DNA of 64,000 nt, taken from an uncultured Chlamydiales bacterium (GTDB lineage Bacteria > Chlamydiota > Chlamydiia > Chlamydiales > JAAKFR01). The notes under the pieces are model-generated. The model was not told the DNA's origin. It saw only the letters and a program-made list of their open reading frames with translations, and did no database searches. The stretch covers positions 2,133,199 to 2,197,198 of the forward strand of contig CAWHVD010000001.1 of the NCBI GenBank assembly GCA_963832835.1, read 5' to 3'. Both the position numbers and the translations under genes were made by a program. Shown here piece after piece: positions 36,630 through 46,042 of the stretch. Position 1 is the first letter of the stretch, and each line of letters begins with the position of its first letter.

Positions 36630-37320
36630 TCGCAGCCCTACAGGCTGCAAGTGTTTTTTTGCCCTTGTACCCAGGGCGTTGCCCTGGGCTAGCACTGTCC
36701 CAGCCCTGCAGGCTGAAGAAGGGATTTCATATCTACATCCTTGGCTTTCCTTCAGCCTGAAAGGCTGAGATAGTGATAGCCCAGGGCAACGCCCTGGGTA
36801 ACGTGATGAACACACACCATGCAGCCTGTAGGGCTGCGACAGGGCCGGTACCGTCCTAACCAAGCAGGCTGAAGAAGGGATTTCATATCTACATCCTCGA
36901 CTTTCCTTCAGCCTGAAAGGCTGAGATAGTGATAGCCCAGGGCAGCGCCCTGGGTAACGTGATGAACACACACCATGCAGCCTGTAGGGCTGCGACAGGG
37001 CCGGTACCGTCCTAACCAAGCAGGCTGAAGAAGGGATTTCATATCTACATCCTCGACTTTCCTTCAGCCTGAAAGGCTGAGATAGTGATAGCCCAGGGCA
37101 ACGCCCTGGGTAACGTGATGAACACACACCATGCAGCCTGTAGGGCTGCGACAGGGCCGGTACCGTCCTAACCAAGCAGGCTGAAGAAGGGATTTCATAT
37201 CTACATCCTCGACTTTCCTTCAGCCTGAAAGGCTGAGATAGTGATAGCCCAGGGCAACGCCCTGGGTAACATGATGAACACACATCATGCAGCCTGTAGG
37301 GCTGCGACAGGACTGCGACA
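36630..37320. repeat. REP array B: one inverted plus four direct copies of a 156-bp three-hairpin unit
   Basis: Unit starts at 36861, 37017 and 37173 are exactly 156 bp apart. Hairpins are cagcc-tgaaa-ggctg, cccaggg-caacg-ccctggg and gcagcc-tgta-ggctgc. The first inverted copy forms a large palindrome centred near 36735. Confidence 0.85.
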
Positions 37321-37329
37321 AATTTGGAT

Positions 37330-37782
37330 TCAATCCCAGATATATTTTTCATCGAATTTGACCTTATATTTTTCCAAAAACTGACGCAATTCATCCTGAA
37401 AGGATAATCTCTGATGGTGCTGCTTCTGATTCTGAATGTAGGCACGCAAAGCATCGACATTAGATTGGCCAATGGAAAATGCACCATATCCATTTTGCCA
37501 GGCAAAATCTTGATAACAGTCTCCCTGGGTTTTCATCCATTTAGAAGACCCTTTTTTGATTTCTTCGACACACTTGCTTAAAGATAACGTGCGCGGCAAA
37601 GAGAATAAGAGGTGGATATGGTCTTCAATTCCCCCTATCTCATAAACCATTACATTGTATTGGCGAGCAGAACCCACCATGTAGGCATAAAGATGAGGGG
37701 CAATGTTGGGATGAATAAACGGCCGTCTGCCCTGTGTGCTAAATATCAAATGAATCAGGACATTTGCAAGAGACTGTGCCAT
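37330..37782 (-). CDS. REP-associated tyrosine transposase (RAYT; IS200/IS605 Y1 HUH family)
   Basis: I take the start at ATG 37782, because the upstream ATG lies inside a hairpin. The HUH motif is IEDHIHLLFSL, and WQNGYGAFS is present. It is a solitary gene with no tnpB and lies directly beside a REP array. Confidence 0.85.
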   Translation of the reverse strand: MAQSLANVLIHLIFSTQGRRPFIHPNIAPHLYAYMVGSARQYNVMVYEIGGIEDHIHLLFSLPRTLSLSKCVEEIKKGSSKWMKTQGDCYQDFAWQNGYGAFSIGQSNVDALRAYIQNQKQHHQRLSFQDELRQFLEKYKVKFDEKYIWD

Positions 37783-37794
37783 TTTTTTTAAAAT

Positions 37795-37819
37795 AACCCA
37801 GGGCATAAAGCCCTGGGTT
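37795..37819 (-). terminator. REP-like hairpin downstream of rplI
   Basis: aacccaggg-cataaag-ccctgggtt lies 12 nt after the rplI stop. Confidence 0.45.
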
Positions 37820-37830
37820 TGGAAATTGCA

Positions 37831-38349
37831 TTAGCTCTGATCAGCTTCTGGAGCAGATTGCTCTTCTGGAGCAGCAGGCGTCTTCTGGGGAAGTACGCCA
37901 CCTTCGGGTTGAACTTCGAGGGTGAAAGTGGCAGGAACGCCCTCTTTCAATCGAAGGCCAACAGTATGGTTGCCCAGTGTTTTGATAGCTTGAGTCAGAA
38001 GAACGCTTTTACGGTCGATCTGGTACCCTTTAGCTTGCAGAAGGCGCGCAATATCGAGAGTAGAAACCGATCCGTACATTTTCCCATCGGGGTCGGTTTT
38101 TACTTCTATGGCAAGCACGAGCGCTTTGATCTGCTCTGCTTGCGCTTCGGCCTCTTTGCGGTCGACAGCTGCACGCTTTTCCCGCTCTTCTTTGAGGCGG
38201 GTTTGCATCTTTAGGGTGTGTTTATCGGCAGAAACTGCCTTTTTCTGAGGAAGGAGGAAGTTACGGATAAAGCCCGGCTTGGCTGTCACAACATCCCCGC
38301 TGCGACCTAAGCCGTACACATCTTCCAAAAGTAGTAATTGTTGTTTCAT
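37831..38349 (-). CDS. rplI: 50S ribosomal protein L9
   Basis: MKQQLLLLEDVYGLGRSGDVVTAKPGFIRNFLLPQKKAV is the canonical L9 N-terminus. The protein is 172 aa with an acidic/Pro-rich tail. Confidence 0.9.
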   Translation of the reverse strand: MKQQLLLLEDVYGLGRSGDVVTAKPGFIRNFLLPQKKAVSADKHTLKMQTRLKEEREKRAAVDRKEAEAQAEQIKALVLAIEVKTDPDGKMYGSVSTLDIARLLQAKGYQIDRKSVLLTQAIKTLGNHTVGLRLKEGVPATFTLEVQPEGGVLPQKTPAAPEEQSAPEADQS

Positions 38350-38356
38350 ATATTAC

Positions 38357-38632
38357 CTATTCTTCTCCTACAAATGGAAGGAGACCGATGTAACGGGCCC
38401 TTTTAACCGCGGTGTTCAGAAGGCGCTGGAAGCGCTGTGAAACACCGGTAACACGACGAGGCAAGATCTTACCTCTATCGGTGATGAGCCGTTTGAGTGT
38501 TTCAATATCTTTATAATCGATATCTTTCCAACCGGCCGCCATGAACGGACAACGCTTTGATGTAGGGCGTTTCTTGCGAGACTCATACACAGGAGAGTCT
38601 GACGACATTTTGCTCATATTTACTTTCCTCAC
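38357..38632 (-). CDS. rpsR: 30S ribosomal protein S18
   Basis: ..[50 protein letters not shown] is the S18 signature. The exact start is uncertain. Confidence 0.9.
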   Translation of the reverse strand: MRKVNMSKMSSDSPVYESRKKRPTSKRCPFMAAGWKDIDYKDIETLKRLITDRGKILPRRVTGVSQRFQRLLNTAVKRARYIGLLPFVGEE

Positions 38633-38964
38633 TCAGGAAGTTGTTTAAATTCAATAGTTTCTCTTACGGCATCTGTTTTCAAGGTCAAGAACCTGAGCAG
38701 ATCTTCGTTGAGATGGTACTCTCTCCACAGCTCTGCAAACATAGTAGTTGGCGCTGTGAAATAGAGCAAAAAGTAGTGTCCCTCGCGCAGGCCACGGATT
38801 TCATAGGCGAGTTTTTTACGCCCTTGATCGTGGATTTTGTGGACCTCTCCACCGCGCTCTGCAATCCCTGATGTGATGCGCTCGAGGCATTTTAGCCTGG
38901 CATCTTCGCTCAAGGAAGCGTTGAGGATATACATTCCTTCATAGATTTGTTTTCTTTCTTTCAT
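38629..38964 (-). CDS. rpsF: 30S ribosomal protein S6
   Basis: I take the start at ATG 38964 ([18 protein letters not shown]..). GRKKLAYEI is typical of S6. Confidence 0.9.
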   Translation of the reverse strand: MKERKQIYEGMYILNASLSEDARLKCLERITSGIAERGGEVHKIHDQGRKKLAYEIRGLREGHYFLLYFTAPTTMFAELWREYHLNEDLLRFLTLKTDAVRETIEFKQLPE

Positions 38965-38968
38965 TTCA

Positions 38969-39571
38969 TTACCTTGCGGTTGATAATTCGCCAGCAAGCT
39001 GGCTGGCAGCTTCTACTCCCTGGCTGAGCCACGCTTCTGCTACAGAAGCGCCTTTATCCACAACTTGCGAAAGCTGCACTTGTTCGCTGAAGGAAAAACC
39101 TGCCAGGACATAATCTTCGAGGGCCATTTGACCGTTCGTAAGATCCCCTTCTTGTGGACCCACCCCCATCCGGAGGCGAGAATAATCGGAGGTGCTCAAG
39201 CACGCTTCGATACTTTTCAATCCGTTATGCCCCCCTGCACTTCCAGAAGGGCGAAGACGCATCGCGCCAAACTTGATATAGACATCATCAACGATGACGA
39301 GGATATGGTCCGGTGCGATTTTGTAATACTGGACAGCTTTGCGTACAGCCGTCCCACTTAAATTCATATAGGTGCTTGGCATCAGCAGATACACTTTCTT
39401 ACCTGCAATGACGCCACTGGCCACCTTGCCATCAATCCGCATCCCCCGCTTCAGGCTCAGGCCCTGCTTGCGGGCTATTGCCTCAACTACCATGAAACCT
39501 AGATTATGACGAGTCTTCTCATATTTGGTGCCAGGATTGCCGAGCCCAACGATGAGGTACTCATCCACCAT
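38969..39571 (-). CDS. pth: Peptidyl-tRNA hydrolase
   Basis: LIVGLGNPGTKYEKTRHNLGF and GGHNGLKSI motifs are present. Confidence 0.9.
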   Translation of the reverse strand: MVDEYLIVGLGNPGTKYEKTRHNLGFMVVEAIARKQGLSLKRGMRIDGKVASGVIAGKKVYLLMPSTYMNLSGTAVRKAVQYYKIAPDHILVIVDDVYIKFGAMRLRPSGSAGGHNGLKSIEACLSTSDYSRLRMGVGPQEGDLTNGQMALEDYVLAGFSFSEQVQLSQVVDKGASVAEAWLSQGVEAASQLAGELSTAR

Positions 39572-40128
39572 TATTTTCTCGCGATCACAACAGCAGCTTC
39601 ATTGAGGCTAATGGTTGGACGTACTCCTTGAGGAATCTTCAAGGCGCTGAGTTTCATCATCTGTCCAACGGCTAAATCACGTACATCTACCTCGAATTCG
39701 GCTGGAATATCTTTAGGTAAACATATGACCGGTACATGGCGCACAACTATACGTACAACACCACCTAGTTTCACTCCTGCGCAATCAGCGACATTAATGC
39801 ATCGGACTGGAATCTTAAGAGAAATAGGGTGATCATCATGCAATTGCTCGAAATCGAGATGGATGACAGCATAGGTCGTGATGTTGTATTGAATGTCTTT
39901 GACAATCGCTTTTATGGTTTTGCCATCGAGATCGATCTGGAAAACTTTCGAAGAGAGTGTCCCTGTAGGGGTTGTGTTCAGGATTTTCTTGAAAGCGATC
40001 CCATCAACAACGATCTCTTGCCCCTTTTCTCCTTTGGAATAAAGGACTGCAGGAACATTCCCTGCACGGCGGATCTGTTTATTTTCCGTTTTTTTGCCAG
40101 CACTGCGTCTGGTGACGGTGAGTTTCAT
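39571..40128 (-). CDS. rplY: 50S ribosomal protein L25 / general stress protein Ctc
   Basis: I take the start at ATG 40128 (MKLTVTRRSAGKKTENKQIRRAGNVPAVLYSKG). The two-domain Ctc length is 185 aa. Confidence 0.9.
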   Translation of the reverse strand: MKLTVTRRSAGKKTENKQIRRAGNVPAVLYSKGEKGQEIVVDGIAFKKILNTTPTGTLSSKVFQIDLDGKTIKAIVKDIQYNITTYAVIHLDFEQLHDDHPISLKIPVRCINVADCAGVKLGGVVRIVVRHVPVICLPKDIPAEFEVDVRDLAVGQMMKLSALKIPQGVRPTISLNEAAVVIARK

Positions 40129-40180
40129 GAGCTTCTCCAAATATTCTAAGAAAGGAGTGAAGTATAGGGAATGGGGGATT

Positions 40181-41119
40181 TTAATTAAAGATCGATGAGA
40201 TAGAATCTGCGGAGATGATGCAGCGCATCGCTTCTCCAAAAAGAGGAGCTGTCGAAACGACGACAAATTTAGGATGGAGCTGCTCTTCTAGTAAAGGGAC
40301 CGTGTTGCTTATAAAGATTTTTTTGATAGGAGAGCTATCGAGACGTTTTACTGCCTCTCCTACCAGAAGGCCGTGAGTAAAGGCAGCAAAAATGTCCCTT
40401 GCTCCTGCTCGGGCACATGTCTCGGCTGCTGTCACGAGTGTTCCGGCAGTAGAGCAAAGATCGTCGACAAGCAAGACATCTCTTCCCTTCACATCATTAC
40501 CGATGATCGAGGTGATGCTCACCTCTTCAGTGCTGACCCTCCGTTTGTCCATCACAGCAAATTCAGCATTCAGATGATTTGAGTAAGCACGGGCGATTTT
40601 AATGGCTCCCAAGTCAGGCGCCATGATGACTAAATCTTTTAAATGGAGTTTAGCCACCTCTTCGGCCAACATGGGACGTGCATAAAGGTTATCGACCGGG
40701 ATATCAAAAAAACCTTGGATTTGACCGGCATGGAGGTCCATAGTCAAAACCCGAGTGGCTCCTGCCGTGGCCAAAAGATCGGCAACGAGCTTGGCAGAGA
40801 TTGGGACGCGCGGTTTATCTTTTCTGTCTTGGCGGCTGTAGCCAAAATAGGGAATCACCGCCACGATGCTTTTAGCCGATGCCCGCTTCAGGGCATCGAT
40901 CATGATGAGCAATTCCATGAGGTAGTAGTTAGGATCTCGCGCAATTGACTGCACGACAAAAACATCCCGACCTCTGACATTTTCTTGAATTTGCAGGTAA
41001 ATTTCACCATCTGGGAAAGGCTCAAACAACACTTTTCCGAGTTTGATACCCAGATAGGAGGCCAGCTCAGCGGCTAAAACGGGGTGGGAATTTCCAGAAA
41101 AAACGGCAAACGTATTCAT
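40181..41119 (-). CDS. prs: Ribose-phosphate pyrophosphokinase
   Basis: I take the start at ATG 41119 (MNTFAVFSGNSHPVLA..). GYSRQDRK, the DLHAGQIQGFF motif and the PRPP loop VLLVDDLCSTAGTL are present. Confidence 0.9.
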   Translation of the reverse strand: MNTFAVFSGNSHPVLAAELASYLGIKLGKVLFEPFPDGEIYLQIQENVRGRDVFVVQSIARDPNYYLMELLIMIDALKRASAKSIVAVIPYFGYSRQDRKDKPRVPISAKLVADLLATAGATRVLTMDLHAGQIQGFFDIPVDNLYARPMLAEEVAKLHLKDLVIMAPDLGAIKIARAYSNHLNAEFAVMDKRRVSTEEVSITSIIGNDVKGRDVLLVDDLCSTAGTLVTAAETCARAGARDIFAAFTHGLLVGEAVKRLDSSPIKKIFISNTVPLLEEQLHPKFVVVSTAPLFGEAMRCIISADSISSIFN

Positions 41120-41127
41120 GTAAAGTA

Positions 41128-41199
<72 letters not shown>

Positions 41200-41388
41200 G
41201 CAAAGTGATTTTCCATACTAACCGCAAGCACGATTTTTTGCCAAGCTCAACACTTTCTACCCAAAGAAAAAAAACAGGATAGGGAGAATCGCAAGCGGCA
41301 TGACAAACAGGATGATAAAAAAACTAATCACCTTGCACACCCTACCGCTTTAGCGGTCCTGCATGTCTTATTGCTTCTACGCCACGTA

Positions 41389-41551
41389 ATACCATTTCCA
41401 AAAAATAAAGTCACAAATTGGCACTGTATAACACGCCATTTTTGAACGATCCTTTCTCGCTTAGGTGCAAAAACATAGGCTTCGAAACGATTGTCCAAAT
41501 CTGTCATGTTACCCAGTGCCACTTCATGGCTTTATTTTCTGGAAATGGTAT
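41389..41551. repeat. 163-bp palindromic repeat element (family 3)
   Basis: The arm ataccatttccaaaaaataaagtcacaaattggcactg (41389-) is matched by cagtgccacttcatggctttattttctggaaatggtat (-41551). One arm plus the core recurs in inverted orientation at 51693-51792. Confidence 0.75.
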
Positions 41552-41605
41552 AACTTTTTTTAGAGAGTCTTGCAAGTTTAAAAATGGTTGCGTAGAGTGC
41601 GGCTT

Positions 41606-42994
41606 ATGGAAATCATACACGTTTCAGCCGAGTTAGCACCGATTGCCAAAGTGGGAGGGCTTGGAGATGTCCTACAAGGACTCTCACGGGCAATACTGGA
41701 AAAAGGGCACTCTGTTACGGTTCTCATGCCTAAATATGACACTTTAGATTTGAACATGATAAAAAATCTGGAGGTATTAGAAGCAAAGCAGATCGTGCGC
41801 TTTGGAGGAGAAGATTGCAGCAATACTTTATGGCGCGGAAAGGTGGATGGGATTCCGGTTGTTTTGATTGAATCCCATGACCCAAGAGAGTTTTTTGACC
41901 GGGATACAGTTTATGGCTGCACAGATGATGTGGACCGCTTCAATTATTTTTGCATCTCTGCTTTAGAATATATACGGAAACAAGATGCTGAGGTCATTCA
42001 TCTACACGACTGGCACACGGCAGCACTTGCGGGACTACTTAAGGAACGCGCCCCGGGAGTCAGGGCTAAAGTAGTACTGACTCTGCACAACTTAGCCTAT
42101 CAAGGTCAATGTAGCGCAGCCGAGTTAGAGAGGATGGGCTGGAAGAGTGATCTTTTAGTCTCAGGCGATCACTATAACTTGCTTCAGGGTGGGATTATTT
42201 TTGCAGATAGAGTCACTACCGTATCCCCTACCTATGCACACGAGATCCTGACAACAGACATCAGCGGGTCTTTGCAAACCACTTTAATAGCCCATCAGCA
42301 CAAAATTTCGGGGATCCTTAACGGGATTGATTATGCATTTTGGAATCCTAAAACAGACAAGTTCCTTCCGCATCACTACTCTTTGCATAATATTAGTGAT
42401 AAGAAATTTGCAAAACATGAACTAAAAAAACGCCTTTCATTGGCAGATGAAAAATGCCCTCTTGTATGTGCTGTAACACGCCTTGTGTACCAAAAAGGGC
42501 CAGAACTGATCAAAGCGGCCATCTTACGAACGCTTGAGTGGGGCGGACAATTTGTCTTGCTCGGTTCAGCGGCAGATGAACAAATTCATAGTCAATTCCA
42601 TAATTTAAAAAGGAAGCTTGCAGGCTCTTGCCATGTTCACTTAGAACTTTCATTTAGCGAAGAGTTGTCTCACCTTGTTTTTGCTGGGAGTGATCTTTTT
42701 TTGATCCCCTCAATCTTTGAACCGTGTGGGCTAACCCAACAAATCGCGATGCGCTATGGCACTGTCCCTCTAGCGCGGGCTTGTGGGGGTCTTGCCGATA
42801 CAGTCTTTGAGGGGGAAAATGGTTTTTTATTTGGCCCCCCTACAGCAGAAGCTTTGAATGTAGCCCTTGATAGCGCCTTAGATACCTGGTATCACAAGCC
42901 CGCACACTGGCAAAAACTCATCGAAACGGGAATGTCTACCGATTTCAGTTGGGAAAAGCCTGGCGAAAAGTACCTTGCCCTCTACCGCTCTTAA
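41606..42994 (+). CDS. glgA: Glycogen synthase
   Basis: I take the start at ATG 41606 (MEIIHVSAELAPIAKVGGLGDV, the KxGGL motif). The C-terminal EPCGL..Q..AMRYGT motif is present. Confidence 0.9.
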   Translation: MEIIHVSAELAPIAKVGGLGDVLQGLSRAILEKGHSVTVLMPKYDTLDLNMIKNLEVLEAKQIVRFGGEDCSNTLWRGKVDGIPVVLIESHDPREFFDRDTVYGCTDDVDRFNYFCISALEYIRKQDAEVIHLHDWHTAALAGLLKERAPGVRAKVVLTLHNLAYQGQCSAAELERMGWKSDLLVSGDHYNLLQGGIIFADRVTTVSPTYAHEILTTDISGSLQTTLIAHQHKISGILNGIDYAFWNPKTDKFLPHHYSLHNISDKKFAKHELKKRLSLADEKCPLVCAVTRLVYQKGPELIKAAILRTLEWGGQFVLLGSAADEQIHSQFHNLKRKLAGSCHVHLELSFSEELSHLVFAGSDLFLIPSIFEPCGLTQQIAMRYGTVPLARACGGLADTVFEGENGFLFGPPTAEALNVALDSALDTWYHKPAHWQKLIETGMSTDFSWEKPGEKYLALYRS

Positions 42995-43106
42995 CACAGA
43001 GGCGCTAAGACACTGAGAAAGGGGGTGGATTACAGAGAATGAGTATGAAAAAAAATAATTTCCTTGCATCTACCATGCTTTATCCTAACAAGCATTACAT
43101 GGGGGC

Positions 43107-44084
43107 TTAAAGGTCTTTTTTGAGATGGAGATAGATCTCTTCCCAGGCTTCATGGGGAATGACAGGACCCATCACCTGCACCACAGCTCTGCCTGCAATC
43201 GCTCCGTAATGGGCACAAATTTCTAGCGGATACCCGCGCATTAAGCCATGCAGAAAACCGCTAGCAAATAGGTCCCCTGCCCCTGTGGTGTCTAGGGGCT
43301 GGACAGGATAGGCGGGGCAGTGGATTTTGACATCCCCTTGTTTCACCCAACAACCACCTGGGCCCATGAGAACCACACCAATCTCACACCGGTCTGCTAA
43401 AAATGCACATCCCATTTCCGGATCTTTGTCACCTGTAAGGGCGAAAATTTCCTCAACATTTGCAAAAATCACATCGACATAGGTATCGAGTAGGTGGAGA
43501 ATATGGGGATGAAATTTTTTAACGATCTCAAAACTGGCGAGATCAAACGAGACTAGTGCTCCAGCATCTTTAGCTAAACGCATGGCCGTTTCGGTTAGAT
43601 CCTCATTAAAAAGAGTATAACCTTCGAGATGAACAAGCTTAGCTTGGGTAAAATGGGAGGGCGCAAGATGTTTCCCACACATCTCAACTGTGGCACCTTG
43701 GAAAGTGCGCATTGTCCTTTCTCCATCAGGGGTCACAAGAGAGAGTACAATGGCAGTGGGCGTTTCGCTCTCGATCAACAAAGGGTAAATTCCCTGATCT
43801 TTTAAAAGGGTGCGGTAGAATTTTCCACGTGGATCTGTGCCTACCATCCCGAGAAGGGCGCACCTTTCTCCAAAGCGGGAAAGACCATGTAATGTATTCC
43901 GGGTGCTACCACCTGGAACCGAAACGGGTATGTTGCCACTACCTGCAATGATTGTCTCTAGAGTTTCAAAATCGACGGGAATCATACCCCCTTTGTCACC
44001 TGCAACGGTAGCCAAAAAAGCTTCACTGACACTCAGCAACTGGTCAAGAATGGGACCTCCGATGCCAAGAATCTCGTAGCTCAT
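43107..44084 (-). CDS. PfkB-family carbohydrate/nucleoside kinase
   Basis: I take the start at ATG 44084, overlapping the pgsA stop (ATGA). GGSTRNT and DTTGAGDLFASGFL motifs are present. Confidence 0.8.
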   Translation of the reverse strand: MSYEILGIGGPILDQLLSVSEAFLATVAGDKGGMIPVDFETLETIIAGSGNIPVSVPGGSTRNTLHGLSRFGERCALLGMVGTDPRGKFYRTLLKDQGIYPLLIESETPTAIVLSLVTPDGERTMRTFQGATVEMCGKHLAPSHFTQAKLVHLEGYTLFNEDLTETAMRLAKDAGALVSFDLASFEIVKKFHPHILHLLDTYVDVIFANVEEIFALTGDKDPEMGCAFLADRCEIGVVLMGPGGCWVKQGDVKIHCPAYPVQPLDTTGAGDLFASGFLHGLMRGYPLEICAHYGAIAGRAVVQVMGPVIPHEAWEEIYLHLKKDL

Positions 44085-44683
44085 CCATCGCTTCCCTTGT
44101 CTACTAAAAGACGTAAAACATAAGTCCGATTCGCCCAAATGTACTCCACTCCGGAATAAAGGGCATAAGCGGCAGCAATAGAAACAGCTGTCACCGAAAT
44201 TCCCCTCAACCAACTATACGATAGGTAACCCATGGAGTAAGGGATCATGAGGACTAAAATTAAGAAAGCAACACCGGCCTGGATGACTGCTTTAATCTTG
44301 CCCGAAGAGCGAGCTGCCAGCGCAAAACCTCTGAGAGCACAAATGGTGCGCAAAGTACTGATTACCGAATCACGATACAGGAAAACAAATACGATCAGTA
44401 AAGGAAGATTTACAGGGGGCTGAGTAAAGGTTAAAAACACCGAAATCCGGTAAATACTATCGGCCATCGGATCGAGAATCTTCCCCAGATCAGTGACTTG
44501 ATGGAATCTACGGGCCACATAGCCGTCAAACGCATCGGAAAGCTCAGAAATGCCTAGTATAACGAGTAAAATATACGGAAGAAGGACGAGGCTGATGCCG
44601 AGCAACTCATGTTCAAGATATAGAAACATGAATATGGGGCTAATGAAGATGCGAATAAAAGTGAGGTAATTGGCAATGCTCAC
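44081..44683 (-). CDS. pgsA: CDP-alcohol phosphatidyltransferase (phosphatidylglycerophosphate synthase-like)
   Basis: DAFDGYVARRFHQVTDLGKILDPMADS fits D-x2-DG-x2-AR-x8-G-x3-D-x3-D. The protein is 200 aa and polytopic. Confidence 0.85.
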   Translation of the reverse strand: MSIANYLTFIRIFISPIFMFLYLEHELLGISLVLLPYILLVILGISELSDAFDGYVARRFHQVTDLGKILDPMADSIYRISVFLTFTQPPVNLPLLIVFVFLYRDSVISTLRTICALRGFALAARSSGKIKAVIQAGVAFLILVLMIPYSMGYLSYSWLRGISVTAVSIAAAYALYSGVEYIWANRTYVLRLLVDKGSDG

Positions 44684-44740
44684 GCGATAAACTTATCTAT
44701 CCCCTGCATTAATTTGCAAGGTTGTTATTGTGACAGTTAT

Positions 44741-46042
44741 TTAACCTTCGTAGGCGTTACGTAAAATCACCCCTTCCATCTCCCGATCCGTACTTTTTAT
44801 TGTGCCTGAAAATTTCTTGATTGCATCGGCCATCGCGTATACAACCTCTTTGCCTGTGAATGTTTCAGCGCCCACTGCCACCACCATATCCTCTACACTC
44901 TTCAGTGCGTCTTGAAGCTGCTCTCTCGTATCATCTGCGTTGTATATGACAGAGGCCCCCAAATTCATAAGTAAAACAGCTTTGATAGCCTGGCAAAACT
45001 GATCTTCATTTCCTTTTCCTCGCGGACTGTGACTCGCTACTTGAGCTGCAGTAGTAAGATATCCCCAAATTTCTTTTGCAGGCGTGTGTGGATGACAAGC
45101 CAGCCAATATTTTCTAAATTGTTCTATTGAATCCAGGAGACCTTCTCGCGTATTTGCCCTCACTGTATCTCCAGCACAAGCTTCAAGGGCATGTGTACAA
45201 TATTGCGCAAGAGGAGTTCCTGCTAATCCTTCCAGATTGAGTGACTCCCCAGGTGGAATTTCTGTTTTACAGTAGCTACAGAAGAGGTCTAAAAAACCAA
45301 AATGCATGATGAGCTCCAGGGCAGCGGGAGTCATGGAGCTTACCTCTGCTTCCTCTGACAAATAGCTATTTGCAAGATCCTCCCTGGCTCTTTTGAAGTA
45401 TTTTACATCTTCTTTTACAGCCTCTTTTTTCTGAGCAACACGCTCCTCATTCTCAATCACACTTCCAACCTCGTCACTCCACATACTGAGACGGTGCGAG
45501 TTGTACCAACTATGGATAGTTGTATGCGTCTGAATCCATTCATCAAATGCATAGGCAAGCGGAGGACATACAACCCCAATTGATCCAGACACTACCTCTG
45601 CAAACGCACCCAAAACGACAATTGAACGCGCTTTCATATCCTCATATAAATTTTCGGAATTGCCAGAGCAAAGAGTCACGAAGGGGCCGATGGCCCATCT
45701 CAACAAAGCGAGGGCAAAGATGGCGACACGGATCGGCAAAGCAATGCTATAGGCCACCATACCAAAAAAATAGAGAAAAGGATATGCGATCGGATTATTA
45801 TGAAACTTCGTGATTGTCCACTGCGTACTCAGTACATTGTAAATGAGAAATCTGCTTTCAGGAATGGAATCGTTCAGATGTTGGTCCACAAGAGATCGTA
45901 CTCGCTGTGCTTGATCTTCCACATCTTCGCTGGGGTATACAATGGATATACGACTCTCCTGCGTCAAAACACCCTCTAATTCAGGATAGGCGATGTTCCA
46001 CGCAAGAAGTGTTTCATGATCACCGATAATGATCTGTGACAT
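44741..46042 (-). CDS. Hypothetical membrane protein
   Basis: 433-aa ORF with two hydrophobic blocks about 90-170 aa from the N-terminus. The rest is soluble with no motif. Confidence 0.55.
   Translation of the reverse strand: MSQIIIGDHETLLAWNIAYPELEGVLTQESRISIVYPSEDVEDQAQRVRSLVDQHLNDSIPESRFLIYNVLSTQWTITKFHNNPIAYPFLYFFGMVAYSIALPIRVAIFALALLRWAIGPFVTLCSGNSENLYEDMKARSIVVLGAFAEVVSGSIGVVCPPLAYAFDEWIQTHTTIHSWYNSHRLSMWSDEVGSVIENEERVAQKKEAVKEDVKYFKRAREDLANSYLSEEAEVSSMTPAALELIMHFGFLDLFCSYCKTEIPPGESLNLEGLAGTPLAQYCTHALEACAGDTVRANTREGLLDSIEQFRKYWLACHPHTPAKEIWGYLTTAAQVASHSPRGKGNEDQFCQAIKAVLLMNLGASVIYNADDTREQLQDALKSVEDMVVAVGAETFTGKEVVYAMADAIKKFSGTIKSTDREMEGVILRNAYEG

Noticed and set aside
36606-37505. A 299-aa ORF with four perfect 52-aa repeats (..VRTVPALSQPYRLHGVCSSRYPGRCPGLSLSQPFRLKESRGCRYEIPSSACL..).
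   Set aside because: It is a translation through the 156-bp REP array. Because 156 is a multiple of 3, one open unit makes all units open. The homologous array at 26979-27365 is broken into three different short ORFs. The ORF also runs into the 3' end of the RAYT gene in another frame. I treat it as non-coding.
41281-41303. A match of atcgcaagcggca to the inner inverted repeat of the MITE at 5205-5383.
   Set aside because: Only about 13 nt are identical and there is no flanking similarity, so it is too short to call a fragment of the element.
41328-41636. Small ORFs 41328-41522, 41418-41636 and 51566-51769 sharing the peptide FETIVQICHVTQCHFMALF, as a possible small protein family.
   Set aside because: They lie on both strands of a palindromic repeat element, with no RBS. 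The shared peptide is simply the repeat read in one frame.
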